A stretch of DNA of 27,072 bases, taken from Piedraia hortae CBS 480.64 (Eukaryota). Where the stretch lies: positions 62,001 to 89,072 of the forward strand of contig MU006017.1 of the NCBI GenBank assembly GCA_010093745.1, given 5' to 3'. Below, one piece after another: positions 1 through 11,903 of this stretch (positions are counted from its first letter, which is position 1; the number at the start of each line of letters is the position of its first letter). The translations under genes and the position numbers were made by a program. The notes under the pieces were generated by a model. That model ran no database searches. It was not told the origin of the DNA and was given only the letters and a program-made list of their open reading frames with translations.

Positions 1-630
1 GACCTGGCATCTGATAAAGAGCAGCGTTGTCCGCCCGCAAATACTTTTTTCTTGGATTGAAGTCGGTTTCGGACCCCACGACGTGACGCAAGTCATCTGA
101 TCGACCATGGGAGTTGGGAAGTGGCAGTGCGCGATTTACAGCAAATCATTGGTTGAGCGACAGCTGTCACGGCAAACGGCAACGGTGTTCCGAACACAAG
201 TCATTTCACGTGGGGGTGGTTTGTAGCTCTCGCAGATCATTGGGACGATTTACATAGAAGACCGAGACTTGGGGACCACAGAACCTGTCGGAGTCGAAGT
301 GGTGTTATGGTCGCATTGCGAGCAGAGCGCCGCGGCCTGAACAGCATGACTTAACAGCAGCATAGTGACGCTGGTGTGTCTAGACGCAGCTCGACTTCGC
401 CACCCGCCCAGCAGAGTTTGATGAGGAACAAGCGGACCAGGGGTGTGTTTTGATTGGAATTTGATTGACGCGTCATTGGCCCGCATGGCCATTCCGGGGG
501 CGTCGCGCGGGGTGATGTCACCGCATACGCCCCTTGCACGTTTCATAAGAACCGGTTTCGCTCACGTTCCTTTTTTTCCCTTCTCCTCCCACCTTACTCG
601 CTCGTTGCAACTGCAAACAAACACTGCACA

Positions 631-1690
631 ATGGGTCTGTTCAAGGGCGGCTTCCTGCGCATCCTCGAGACGCTTCTCTACACGCTCGCGTTCTGCTGCT
701 CCGCCATCATCTTAGGCATCTACTCGTACTTCCTCTCCGTGTTGGCTGATCGCAAAGGAAAGGTATGTGTGCTTGCTTGGTTTGCGCGACGACGGCTAAC
801 AGGAGCAGATACAAACATGGAAGAAGGTTGTTGAAGGTCTTTCTGGCGCCGCAACGCTATACCTGCTCTTTGCCGTGGTATTGACGTGCGCTCTTGGTGG
901 CATGCCCTTTTTCGCCTTTATCGCCATCATCCTCGATATCTTGTTCTTCATCGCAATGATTGTTATGGCTGTCCTCCTTAGGCATGGTGCCGGCTCCTGC
1001 AAGGGTCAAGTTAACACGCCCCTCGGTAATGGCCAGGCCAACTCCAATACGGGTGGCTGGGGCGGTCGCGACGGCAAGGGCGGCTTCGGCACTGGTGGCA
1101 ACAACAATCTGACGTATTCGGTGAAGCTGGGCACCGCCTGCAGGCTGAACAAGGCTGCCTTTGCCGTGTCGCTCATCGGTGCCCTTCTCTTCTTTTTGGC
1201 CGCGGTCCTCCAGATCGCTCTCGTGCGCCAACACAAGAAACACAAGCGCTACGGCCCCAGCCCCGCCAACAATTACACTTCGGGCCCTGGCAAGCGTCAC
1301 GGCCTCTTTGGCAAGAAGAAAAAGGCTACACATGACGCCGAACTTGGCACTGCTGGCACTGCAGGTGCTGTTGGCGCTGGAACTGGCGCTGGTCTCGCTG
1401 CTCCCGCTCACGAAATGCGTCCGAGCGCCGACACGGCTTACACGGGCACCACGATGGCCCCCAACAACGGCGCAACGTACGATAAGCCTGCCGGACACGG
1501 ACTGTTCCATCATGGTGCCGAGCAGCAGGCCCCCGTCAACAACTCGGTGGCGGAGCCAGCTATGGGCACGCATGGCGGCTACTACACCCAACCACAAGGC
1601 ACAGGTGTCAACCCGTACGGTTACGAGGCTGCTCAGCCGGCCACGCATACCGGCAACCCCATCACCAATGCAATCCACCGCGTTGTATAG
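631..1690 (+). CDS. MARVEL-type four-TM membrane protein; exons 631-762 and 809-1690
   Basis: Intron 763-808 (GTATGT...GCTAAC...CAG) joins the 631 and 875 ORFs in frame. Four hydrophobic segments, a C...C loop (GSC...TACRLNKAAFAVS) and a G/P/A-rich cytosolic tail, as in fungal MARVEL proteins. Confidence 0.8.
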
Positions 1691-1845
1691 ACGTGTACTG
1701 TACGGTAGTTGTTTGAGCGAGGAGTTGGGAAGTACGTAATGTCTACAATCAATGCTGCGCCCAGCGTGTTGTATATGAGTTTCGAAGATGGCTCTCAGTG
1801 TAATAGCTGTCTGGTGTTTCTCACATCACATTAACCTAAAACAAC

Positions 1846-2985
1846 CTAGTACGCCATTACTTTTGCTTTGAGTAACACAGTCCTCGCCTCATCCAGCTTA
1901 ATAACAGCCGGAAATGTGGCGCATTTGACAGCTGCTCCTTCGTCGTCTGATTCCATTATGTTAGGATCAAACGTCTGACCAACAGACGGCATGATAAACT
2001 CGTATCTAGTCCTCTGCACAGCAAAGAGGTGAGCCAGCGTAATGGCCTTTCTAATGATGACCTGAAGTGAAGTCCGCTGGGTATCTGTGGGTTCCGAGTC
2101 GGTGACGGCGGCAAGGACATGGCAGATCGAGTTGGCAACCACCGCACCCGCCGATTCGCTTGCCTCCTGGAGCACGCGGGTCGGGCGCAACGAATCCAAT
2201 GTCCTCGCCCGCCATTCATCGAAAGCACTTGGACTGAGGATGGAGGCGAAGGAGCGAGCAGTTTGCAGCACATGCGTCTGCCACGGCTGCCTACCCTCGG
2301 CAACGCCAAAGAGTAGCGGAGAGGCGAAGATGTCAGTGATGAACAACATGGCAGTGGACTGGTACACTGCAAGCCGCATGGACGGGTCAAAGGGATCGTA
2401 GAGGGAGGCCAAGGCGTCGACGTGCTTTGCATCTGTGACATCTTCCAGCCGCGAGCAGAGATCATCTGGAGCAGCAGTCGTCTTGGCCCGGCGGAAGTGC
2501 GTTACCACCCAATTCTGCATGTGGTGATGTAGAAGGCGCAGTTCGTTTATTAGCGATGCATCCGTGGCCGTGCTGTTGGTGGTGTTGTCACTCGTCAGCG
2601 TCGAGATGATGCGCTTCAGCTCCGTGACTTGGTCTTGAAGAGCGAATTGATCTGCCGCCGGTTCTGGTTGTTCTTTCCGCCTTGTCAACTCTTGCAGCTC
2701 CTTGGCCTGGACCTCGAGTGTTTCTTTGCATTCTTCCAGCTGCCTTTCCTGGAATGCGCACTTTTCTTCGCACTGTCTTCTCAGCTCAACTTCCTTTTCC
2801 AGTTGTTCTCTCAGCTGCTGAAGTTCTCGATCGTCTCTTGATTCTTTTGGGGGCTCGCGCTTCCTCACTTTCAGCCCACCATCTTCGGGTTTCTGTTCAA
2901 AGGCGGCGCGCAGGTTCGCGATCTTGGTGCTAGGACTGCGCAGCCTCTCAACGTTGGACGACGTAGTCGAGACAGGGGAGGCCAT
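1846..2985 (-). CDS. Hypothetical protein, N-terminal coiled coil plus helical C-terminal domain (379 aa)
   Basis: Long intact ORF with an E/Q/K/L heptad region. Ends in ...CATFPAVIK...VLLKAKV, a C-terminus type common in ascomycete hypothetical proteins. Confidence 0.75.
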   Translation of the reverse strand: MASPVSTTSSNVERLRSPSTKIANLRAAFEQKPEDGGLKVRKREPPKESRDDRELQQLREQLEKEVELRRQCEEKCAFQERQLEECKETLEVQAKELQELTRRKEQPEPAADQFALQDQVTELKRIISTLTSDNTTNSTATDASLINELRLLHHHMQNWVVTHFRRAKTTAAPDDLCSRLEDVTDAKHVDALASLYDPFDPSMRLAVYQSTAMLFITDIFASPLLFGVAEGRQPWQTHVLQTARSFASILSPSAFDEWRARTLDSLRPTRVLQEASESAGAVVANSICHVLAAVTDSEPTDTQRTSLQVIIRKAITLAHLFAVQRTRYEFIMPSVGQTFDPNIMESDDEGAAVKCATFPAVIKLDEARTVLLKAKVMAY

Positions 2986-3215
2986 GGAAAGATTTGCAGG
3001 ATCGACATTGCTTGGAAAGGCCGGATGGCTTAAAGGGCTGCAAGATCAACGGCTAGCGCCAGTAGGAAATTAATTGCTGTGCAATCTGCAGAATCCATGG
3101 CGCCAGAGACGAGAAGACCTTGGACTTGACCGTCTGGTGATAATATTAGACAATAGCCAATCTTGCACGATTCATTTGACACTTTCTCTCCTCAACATGA
3201 GATTGTTATGAAGCC

Positions 3216-5084
3216 ATGCGATCATCCAGCAGTTCAGACGCCCTGTTTCCTGCACTGGACAACGATGCCACCGAAAATCACTTCAGCGCAAGCCACGACT
3301 CCTTCCATTCCGGAGCAGACGAATCCTCATCTTCCGGAACCGACCGTCTGATTGTTGGCGTCGACTTCGGTACCACGTATAGCGGTGTCGCGGCTGTGTA
3401 CAGCGCGAATCCAGACGATGTAGACATAATCAAAACGTGGCCTGGTGGCAATGGCATAACATCCGACAAGGTGCCGACGGAAATCGCATACGGGGAAGGG
3501 ACAGAGACGGAGGTCCGCTGGGGCTTTCAGTTCCGTCCCGAAGAGCCCAGACTGCGATGCGTGAAGCTCTTCCTCGACCGCAATCAGCGGCTGCCGCATT
3601 TCGTGTCTGCCGTCGACACGGCGGCCCAACTGAACAAGTACAGCCGTACCGTCATGGACGCTGTGTCCGACTACCTCACCATGATACACGGCCACACCAT
3701 AGAGACGCTGCAGCGGCGCTACGGAGAGGCGTTTGTGCGTAGCACCAAGGTCGAGTTTGTCCTTACAGTTCCCGCCGTTTGGAGCGATGCGGCCAAGAAC
3801 GCAACCCTCGTGGCCGCCGAGCGAGCCGGAATGGGCGATAAGGACGAACTTAAGCTCATTAGCGAGCCCGAGGCTGCTGCTGTGTATACGCTGAAGACCG
3901 TTCAGCCCGGTCAACTGCAGGTTGGAGACAACTTTGTTGTCTGCGATGCTGGCGGCGGTACCGTCGACCTAATCGCCTATAGGATCACGAGTGTTAACCC
4001 TCTGAAGGTGGCAGAAAGCGTCGTCGGCACAGGAGGGCTCTGTGGCAGCGCATTTCTCAACTACCGCTTCGAGGACCACGTTCGTCAGCGGTTAGGCAAA
4101 GAGACGTATTCCATGATGCGCGAGAAGAAGCCCAAGACGTGGATGATGGGTCTGCGCTACTTTGAGGAATTTGTAAAGCGCAACTTCAACGAAGCAGAGC
4201 ACGAAGAGGTCAATGTCCCTTTTCCTGGTTTACCCGATGATGAAGCCGCCGGTCTCGATAGTGGCTTCCTGATCCTTACGGCTGCGCAGGTGAAGGAGAT
4301 CATGGAGCCCGTCATTCAGCAGGTCATCGAACTGGTTGACGTTCAAGTTGAAGCTGTCAGGGCTGCGCCGGATCCCGACGAGCGTCATGTCTCGGGTATC
4401 ATCCTCGTCGGTGGTTTCGGGCAGAGCAACTACCTCTACACGCGGTTAAAAGAGCACTTTGCTCAAGATGACGGCGGTATCGAGATCCTGCAGCCTCTGA
4501 ATGCGTGGACGGCTGTTGTTCGCGGGGCCGTCTTACGCGGTCTGGAAGACACGGGTATGGTGGAAACACGAAAGACGAGGTACCACTATGGCACGTCGTA
4601 CGCGACCGTCTTTGAGGAGAACGTTCACCCGCCCGAAGAGCGCTACTGGTCACCCCTCTGGGAGCGATACATGATTGGAAACAGAATGCACTGGCACATT
4701 TCGAAGGTAAGTCCAACAGCTTTATAACATCCTTATCCTAACTTCAACAAGGGGACGCCTATATCCAGCACAACACCGATATCGTTTCACTATACACGCA
4801 ACTTCCGACCTTCACAGTCCCTCGTCGTTGAAGACGAGCTCATCGCCTGCGCTGCCGACATGGCACCAGACGCCTACTCGCAAGACCTCATCAGCGTGTG
4901 CACGCTACGAACAGATCTTAGCGCTGTACCGAAGTGCCTCTTCACAAGACTCACGACGACCAAGGGGGTTGAGTTTGATAACCTTGACTTCGAATTGCAA
5001 ATGAGAATTGAGAGTGCAGAGTTGCGATTCGAGCTGAGGGTCGATGGACAAAAGTATGGTGATGTTTCTGCTGAGTTCAGGTAA
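3216..5084 (+). CDS. Hsp70-like actin-fold ATPase (fungal HSPA12-like); exons 3216-4706 and 4752-5084
   Basis: Motifs VGVDFGTTYSG, TVPAVW, SEPEAAA, CDAGGGTVD and LVGGFG. Intron 4707-4751 (GTAAGT...CTAAC...AAG) joins in frame to the 4860 ORF. Confidence 0.92.
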
Positions 5085-5279
5085 TATGGTTGCGGATTGG
5101 TGGCATTTACGAAATCATGTAAGAATACGAATGCTTCTGATTCATAAATGCTCCGGTTGATTGTACTGGGAGAAAAAGCTTTGTATTTGGGGTGGTTAGC
5201 GTTATAGTGATTCACGTAGTATCATACATCGCATTCTGTTTGTGCTTAGCAAGTTTGGTCGATGTGAAAAAGGGGATAT

Positions 5280-6600
5280 CTTCCCTTGACAATCTCGGCG
5301 CCAAGGTGCTACCGTGACTCGACCCGCGAGTTTTCTTGCTAACGCGGGCGCTGCCGCCTGTATGTCCAACAAATCAGACCCAGTCATGCTTGGGGGAACA
5401 GAAGAGCTCGCTCTTTGTGGGACCAGGTGGAGATTATCGTGAGCGCGAGCGACATGAAGTCCTTCATGTTGGGGCGAATGTGTATACCCTCCGCTCAAAG
5501 TCTACCAGCACAAACCTCACACGGTACTATCACGCGGAGTGTGGTGATACGCCTGTGCGGATTAAAAGTCCTATATTCCACCAAAGCTTCTATGATTTCG
5601 GCCTCGAAATTCATGTGGCTAGGATTTTACTACCGCGCCGTACATCGTTGTGACCGTAGCAAAAAGGTTGCAAGATTTTACAGGCGAGCAGCGATACTTG
5701 TGCCCTTGGAAGAAACTGGATGATCGCGTTCCTAGAGCGCAGCCACGAAGTCAAATCTACAATAGAGAGGAGTACCAACCTCAAGAAGCCCCTCTTAGGA
5801 GGCCTCTCGGGACAGTATCATTGCTCATTTCGAAAGGCTGGAGGCGGTCATAAGGGAAAACGATGTCCATACCGACGACATGTAACATGAACGAGAATGG
5901 TCTTGGTTAGCAATGCAACATGATCAAAGAGAAAGCCCACGACCGTTTCAGCTCCCCAGAATAGGGAATGAATGAGTATTGTCGAGTGGGTGTCGCAGAG
6001 TACCCGCCCATTGATCATTTTGAAGGGCAAAAACCTTCAGTCGACATAATTCGAGGAGGAGATGCATGGAGTGGCTGTATAAGACGTCTGGCAGTGAACA
6101 AAGCTGCACTAGCGCCAGCTAGCTTGACATGGTTTTCCTCCTTGAGATTGATGCCTCCGATGATCTGCGTTTGCTTCTGTTGGATGGACACGCACGCTAT
6201 GTGAGCGCCGAGCTCATGTGGAAGTGTCGCGTGAATCGCCTGTTCTGTGCGTATCTGCCTTCGCATACATCACATATCCTCCAGTATCCTGGTTTTGGGG
6301 ACACGTTTAAGAACACGCGGCTTGTTTTCTATATCGAGGTTGCGGTCTCCACGATAGCTACTATGGCCGCTGTGGGCTCAACCGAAACGCCCCCAGGATG
6401 AACGAAGATAGTACGGAAAGAGTGCAGAGAATGGAAGAAATGTATTTTGAATGGCAACTCTATTTGATATGCTGCAGGCCACACGTTCTCGGTGTTTAAG
6501 TTGATCCACAGCCTGGTGCGAAACTCAATGGATTTCGAGAAAGTTGATGCCATCCAGAATGCCTACATGAACGGGCAAGCCTTGGAGAGGCTTGGCCCTT
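5280..6600 (+). pseudogene. Possible decayed gene of unknown family
   Basis: A run of short protein-like + strand ORFs in shifting frames (5336, 5415, 5650, 5968, 6129) with stops. The start (..W...ARSLWDQVEI) is weakly F-box-like. Confidence 0.25.
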
Positions 6601-7268
6601 GTTATTGGTGGGGTTTGACTTGATCTTTTGTCTGTGTTTGCCTGTCTTGCATTCCCTCTCTTACAGAGGGACCGGCCGGGTGCCAGCCATATGCAATGCT
6701 TCTACTCAGTCATCTATCCAGCGCCTATCATCTGTTGTCCTTACGGGATCCATTTCCACTCAGGTAAGAAGACGGATGAGGTTGTAGGGACTAGGTGAGC
6801 CACACGATAGCTAACCACAGGTATTCATACACAAGCTCCTGTCTAGATCATTATTGTGGCCAATCATATTTTGGGTTATCCAGGCAACACCAATGCTTAT
6901 GTAATGAATGTCTTTTAGAAGCCTGGTCGAACGCGGGTAGAACTAGGATTGTCGGCAGGGCATGATGGCACTGCCACCCTACCAAATCAGTGATCGGAGG
7001 GAGGGTGGCATTAGGGTCTGCCATTAGGATTAGCTTTGTGATGCAGGGATTTGCTGCTAGCGTGCCCATCTAAGCCTACAATTGGCCGCCACAGGGTGTT
7101 AGTTTGAGTGGGGGTTGGCACTGCCATCTGGTCAACCCCCTGCCAACAACCTTAGGTAGAACGTCTAGAAGACGCACCCCACACGGGCGATCCCGAAAAT
7201 CCCCCAAATATTTGCGACGATCTGAGTCAGACCATCTGACAGCCGTCATCGGAAGATCGATCATTCAG

Positions 7269-9059
7269 ATGGCAGGCCGACGCAGCAATGGCAACCGCAT
7301 CCGCGGCCCACAAAGCGCGCTGACTGATTTCCTCGCTGCGAACAACATTACTGCCGCCAGATTCCAAGGAAATCGGCGAGCCCAGATAGCGGCCGAAAAC
7401 GAAGAGGACGACGATGCGGCAGACGACAATCAGGACGACGATGCAGCAGATGCGGAAGATGAAGAGGAACAAGAAGAAGAAGAAGAAGAAGAAGAACAGG
7501 CAGAGACGGAACCTTCCAGGAAGAGAAAGCGTAACGCGGCCGCATTAAAGCGTAGCAAAGAGGCGGCGGAGCGGCGGTTTGAAAACGGCAACTTCGGCGG
7601 CCTTGGCAGCAAAGGAAGGCCGAAGCCCGGACAATTTGAACATTGCGAGATCTGCGGCAAACGATTTACTGTCACGCCGTACAGCCAGGAGGGGCCCAAC
7701 GGGGGACTGCTCTGCGGCGTCTGTGCCGCTGCGCGGAAGAAAGACGCCAAGCCAAAGTCGCGGACGGTGCGTCAAGGCAGGCGGAAGCTCGCCAGCGACC
7801 GGCTGGACGGTGTGGCGGGCGGGCCTAAGTCTTTGACAGACCTCTGCATGGCTCAAGTGGCCAGATACCACAACGATCTGGAAGAACTGGGCGATCTTCC
7901 AGAACCGCTGCTCGAGAAGCTCAGCAAAGTCTTTGGTAAGAAGCGCATTCTGTCCTCGGCCACCCTGCCGCTGTTCCTTCGGCCGGAGCTGGAGGCCGTT
8001 GTCCTGCACGATGCCGCCTATCTGGAAGAGGGAGACTATCGCCGCATCTTCGCCGAGGTGCCAAAGGTGCAAAGACTTGTGCTGGGCAATGCGTGCCAGT
8101 TCAAAGACGGCGTCATCGACTACCTGATCGAGCGCTGCCATTCGCTGCGGCACATCAAGATCTACGCAGCCAATCTGGTCAGCAGCGACGCATGGAAGCG
8201 CCTCTTTACCTCTCTGGGCCCGCAGTTGGAGAGCATCCAGCTCAAGTACGTCGATCCCTCGTTCGACTCCCGCTGTGTGGACGCCATGGTCACATCCTGT
8301 CCGCGCCTTGAGCGTCTCAAGCTTGAACACTGTTCTGGCCTGGATGACACCGCCGTGGGCCATCTCTCTCACCTCAAAACCCTCAAATACCTCTCCCTGC
8401 AGACCACATCACCAATCTCCACAGCAACTCTCACTGCTCTCATCGAAGCCCGAGGCGGCCAGCTCCAGACCTTGAGCCTCCAAGACCTGGAAGAGTTTGA
8501 CGATTCCCTCCTGCAAAGCATTCACTCCCACTGCCGAAATCTCACCAAGCTCCGTCTCTCCAACAACTGCGTTGCTACCGATGCCGCCTATGCTGCCCTC
8601 TTCACGCAGTGGGCCAACAAATCCCTCTCCTTCCTCGACCTCAGCAGCACCCGCGATGTTGACAACACGGCGCCCCTGGGCCCTGAGGAAGACCCCATTG
8701 GCGTTGCAAACGCCGGTTTTCGAGCTGTCATGCTTCACAGTGGGAACGCTCTCCAGCGCCTCGAGCTTGCGAGCTGCAGACACATTTCTCAGGATAATTT
8801 CCTCGATGTTTTTTCACCCAAATCCGGCAAGAAGGGTTATGAGTCCCTCGAGCTGTTGAATCTCAGTTTCTGCAGCGGTGTCGACGACAAAGTGATTGCT
8901 GCCGTCGGAGAGTCGTGTCCCAGCCTCAGACGCATAGAGGTCTTTGGATGTTTTAGCATCTCCGCGTTTGTCAAGATTCCGAAAGGTGTGTCTTTGATCG
9001 GAGGGCCTAATGGCCTTGCCAGTGGGGATGTTAATGTTGTTGTTGATCCTGTACATTAG
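7269..9059 (+). CDS. RAD7: Nucleotide excision repair protein Rad7/Rhp7 (596 aa from ATG 7269)
   Basis: N-terminal RIRGPQSALTDFLA motif, acidic stretch, CEICGKRFTVTPY...LLCxxC zinc module, SLxDLC box and RNI-like LRRs ending in EVFGCF. Confidence 0.92.
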   Translation: MAGRRSNGNRIRGPQSALTDFLAANNITAARFQGNRRAQIAAENEEDDDAADDNQDDDAADAEDEEEQEEEEEEEEQAETEPSRKRKRNAAALKRSKEAAERRFENGNFGGLGSKGRPKPGQFEHCEICGKRFTVTPYSQEGPNGGLLCGVCAAARKKDAKPKSRTVRQGRRKLASDRLDGVAGGPKSLTDLCMAQVARYHNDLEELGDLPEPLLEKLSKVFGKKRILSSATLPLFLRPELEAVVLHDAAYLEEGDYRRIFAEVPKVQRLVLGNACQFKDGVIDYLIERCHSLRHIKIYAANLVSSDAWKRLFTSLGPQLESIQLKYVDPSFDSRCVDAMVTSCPRLERLKLEHCSGLDDTAVGHLSHLKTLKYLSLQTTSPISTATLTALIEARGGQLQTLSLQDLEEFDDSLLQSIHSHCRNLTKLRLSNNCVATDAAYAALFTQWANKSLSFLDLSSTRDVDNTAPLGPEEDPIGVANAGFRAVMLHSGNALQRLELASCRHISQDNFLDVFSPKSGKKGYESLELLNLSFCSGVDDKVIAAVGESCPSLRRIEVFGCFSISAFVKIPKGVSLIGGPNGLASGDVNVVVDPVH

Positions 9060-9498
9060 ATTAAACAAGCTATGGAAGTCCAAGTTGGGCAAAACTCTAC
9101 TGTCTCTTTTTACACATGCTTCTATATAGTAGCATCAGGGCCGTGACACGTACACGCAATCTCAGCCCGAGCTGGGCACCAACCTGGCCTCTCGTCCAAA
9201 TTCCGTGAGCGAAAGGAAAGATAATGCTTCCATTGTCGACATGTCGACCTGTGAAACTTGGTGGAGTCTACAGATCTGTCAGCAAAGCGCAGTACACTCT
9301 CCGAACTAACTCGTTCTTTGTCTCCAGCACCAATTCAAGTGGACCTCCACAAAGGCACAAAGACCCAATCAATTGTCCCATCGCAAAGAGCCATTGCCCC
9401 TACCATCTTCAAACAATCACACAAAACCCCATTATCTCCCTACCTATCCTCTCCATAAAACCTCCCCGAGTCGCACCCTCGGCTCAATCCCAATAACC

Positions 9499-9587
9499 AA
9501 AAAAAAAAAAAAAAAGAAAAAAAAAGAAAAGAAAAAAAAAGAGAAAAAAAAAGAAAAAAAAAGAAGAAAAAGAAAAAGAAAAAAAAA
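9499..9587 (+). repeat. 89-nt A-rich polypurine tract
   Basis: Only A and G on the + strand: A runs punctuated by single G. Confidence 0.95.
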
Positions 9588-9655
9588 CTTCAAGTCAGTT
9601 CCCACCAAGAAACTCCCCAAAAACTCATCAACATACACCCTTAAAGCAACTTTAA

Positions 9656-9967
9656 TCTCAAAACCAGCAAACCCCTCCTCAAAATAATGGAAGCAATGCA
9701 AACTCATTATATCTCCAGACACAACGAACAACAACTTACTTCATCGTCGAACTTTCGCACCCCTCTCTGTCAGGCGAACCCTCGCTCACAAAGCTCATAA
9801 AGCTCCTACAAGACGACGTTGTTGATACAAGAATCGACTGCAAGGGCGCAAATGGATGGGCAGCCCGTATGCACCTGATAGATTGGAGAAAGAAGAACTT
9901 ATGGCTTGTGGCGTTGTTATTGATGGTGGTGTGGATAGTGGTTTCGACGCTAGGGTTTTTGGGATAG
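9656..9967 (+). pseudogene. 3' fragment of an unknown gene with a C-terminal TM helix (paralog X1)
   Basis: Stop-free frame without an upstream ATG: ...TQRTTTYFIVELSHPSLSGEPSLTKLIKLLQDDVVDTRIDCKGANGWAARMHLIDWRKKNLWLVALLLMVVWIVV. Aligns to the minus-strand copy at 10137-10550. Confidence 0.65.
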
Positions 9968-10136
9968 GGTGGATGGGAGGTATGGTGGGTTTATACCCAG
10001 TGGCGATGGTAGGAGAAGTGCTGGAAAGTTAAATAGACAGGAATGTATGTTCGGCTTTTTGTCTGTTTCAAGTTTTTCCCTGAGCTCCAAAACCTCGCCT
10101 CGTGAAGATTGGATTTACATCCAGCAAACACTCCAC

Positions 10137-10550
10137 CTACCCAGTACTCAATCCCACAGAGCCCGACATCATAACCATCATTAGTACTAGAGCCGCAAGC
10201 CAAAGTTTTTTTTTCCCAAGTTGATCATGCGCATACGAGCAGCCACTGTTCGCAGCTTCATGATCTATCTTTGATAAAGAGTAGGTTGCTGGTTTGAAGG
10301 TTGGAGAGGAGTTTTTAATCGTGCGCATGCGAGCAGCCTACTCATTCGCGTCTTTACAGTCGAACTTTGCGTCGACGTCGTCATCATTTAGTAGTTCTAT
10401 AAGTTTTGTGGGTGAGGATTCGCTCGAAATGGAAGGTTCTGCGAGTTGGACGCTGCAGTAAGTTGTCGTACGCTGGGTTTTAAATTGTTCGTGCAGGGTC
10501 GGTCGCTGGGTGGATTTGCCTTGGGTGGAGGTGGGAGGGGTATTCCACGT
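10137..10550 (-). pseudogene. Inverted paralog X2 of 9656-9967; may extend to about 10950
   Basis: Reads TQRTTTYCSVQLAEPSISSESSPTKLIELLNDDDVDAKFDCKDANE*AARM...KKLWLAALVLMMV. Stop at 10338-10340, plus frameshifts. Confidence 0.65.
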
Positions 10551-11291
10551 AGATCACATCGTGCCAGTAATGACCCGACATCTATCAGTCAGTGAGGCGG
10601 CCGAGGAGGATGACGTGATTTTTGGTTGGGGAGGCTGGCGCGGGCTTGGAGGGTTTCGATTTTGGAGGGAGAAGTTTTAGGTGATCGTCCGGGATTGTGA
10701 GCGTGGCTCCGCTGCGGGTTTGGACGGTCCAGTTCAGCCCTGAGGTATTGACGTTGTGGACGGCTTCGCGGATGCCGAAGGTGGAGCTGCTTTAGCCCGT
10801 AGGGACATGGATGTAGGCTGGTGTGGCAATTAATTTGCGGGGGTATGGTTCGATCCGAGCGGTGAGAGGGGCCAGACGACTGGTTTTATGGTCTAGGGTG
10901 CGCTGGGAGGTGGGTTGATTGCCGTGTCCCTGGCGTTGGCGGCCTTAAGAGCTTCGATAAGATGAGCTTTGCATTGTAGCTGTGGTTAACGGTGCAAATG
11001 TGAAGTGGGAATCTCGGAAGGGTGGTGGGAAGCAAGAGGTAGTATTACTATGTGCTCACCAAAGAAAAGACGACCCATCCAGAGACAGGTCGTCAACAAC
11101 ATGGCTGGACCAGCCAGACTAGTTCCCGTATGGCTGATGATTATTCCCTTTCATGTCTATATATGTATATCACCTTGAGAACGAAAGACGGGTCAGTCCA
11201 GCATTGCTAGTTCTTGCGGCATGTTTGATAAAGAAATAAAGGTGTTGTTGATTATCTTGTCTAAAATTACAGGAGTTTTTGCTACGTGATT

Positions 11292-11604
11292 TGTAGCGAT
11301 AGGGCTCTCGTGGATGGGAGTGCGCACCGGCCCGAAGAGGACGAAGCGATAGACGGAAATCGACAACAGGGACAGGACAGATGTAGATGTATATGAGTCG
11401 ATACCAGTGTCGATATGACAGTGTGAATGACTATCTATCTCAATGAGGAGACGTTCAGAACAAAAAAATTCTGTACCGGTGGGCCGGTTACGTCACGTCG
11501 TACACTAGCAGGGCGCATTCGCCATGTCACATATGACATGACCCTGAGGAAAAACCTCTGTAAAGGCAAAAACCTAGGGTGCAGCTGGTAGTGTAGGTGT
11601 CAAA
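11292..11604 (+). mobile_element. Hairpin-rich dispersed repeat, copy A (solo-LTR-like; 5' end uncertain)
   Basis: 11506-11601 closely matches 12525-12621. 11423-11461 matches 14045-14087. Ends in GGTGTCA. Candidate TGT start at 11292. Confidence 0.55.
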
Positions 11605-11608
11605 AGGA

Positions 11609-11903
11609 TGTAGCACCCACCATGACCAGAACCATAGATAGAAGTCGAAACTTCTCAGGGGTTTTACCTCTATAGAGGAAGTTTTCCCTGAGACGGGTCA
11701 TTGTCTCGTTCATGCTTAAGGGCATGGTTCGCTGACGTTGTCCTGGCAAATGCGGTTAGACTGAGGTAGTGTGGGGGAGATTTCGAACCTCACCTCATAG
11801 AGATAGACAATTACTTTTTCACCTTTTTCAGTAAAAGTTGAGTGAAAACTTTCGTCGTTGACATCCACTCCGCTCTAGTCCTCGGAGGCTCACCCCTCTG
11901 ACA
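11609..11903 (-). mobile_element. Hairpin-rich repeat, copy B (295 bp, TGTCAGAG...GCTACA on the minus strand)
   Basis: The reverse complement aligns end to end with 13965-14256; homology stops at the TG and CA termini. Confidence 0.75.

Noticed and set aside
7104..7268. TTG-started N-terminal extension of RAD7 in the ORF track
   Set aside because: Eukaryotic gene; the conserved N-terminal motif begins just after ATG 7269.
857..8783. Long antisense and alternate-frame ORFs over the real genes (e.g. 857-1678, 3327-3914, 7545-8372)
   Set aside because: Expected shadows of GC-rich coding sequence; no motifs.
9373..9734. Lys-rich and Phe-rich ORFs on opposite strands
   Set aside because: Artefacts of the A-rich tract.
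11540..11582. CTGAGGA resembling a hammerhead ribozyme core, with GTGAGGACAAAAC in copy C
   Set aside because: CUGANGA and GAAA are not both present with correct stem II spacing, and they are not conserved across copies.
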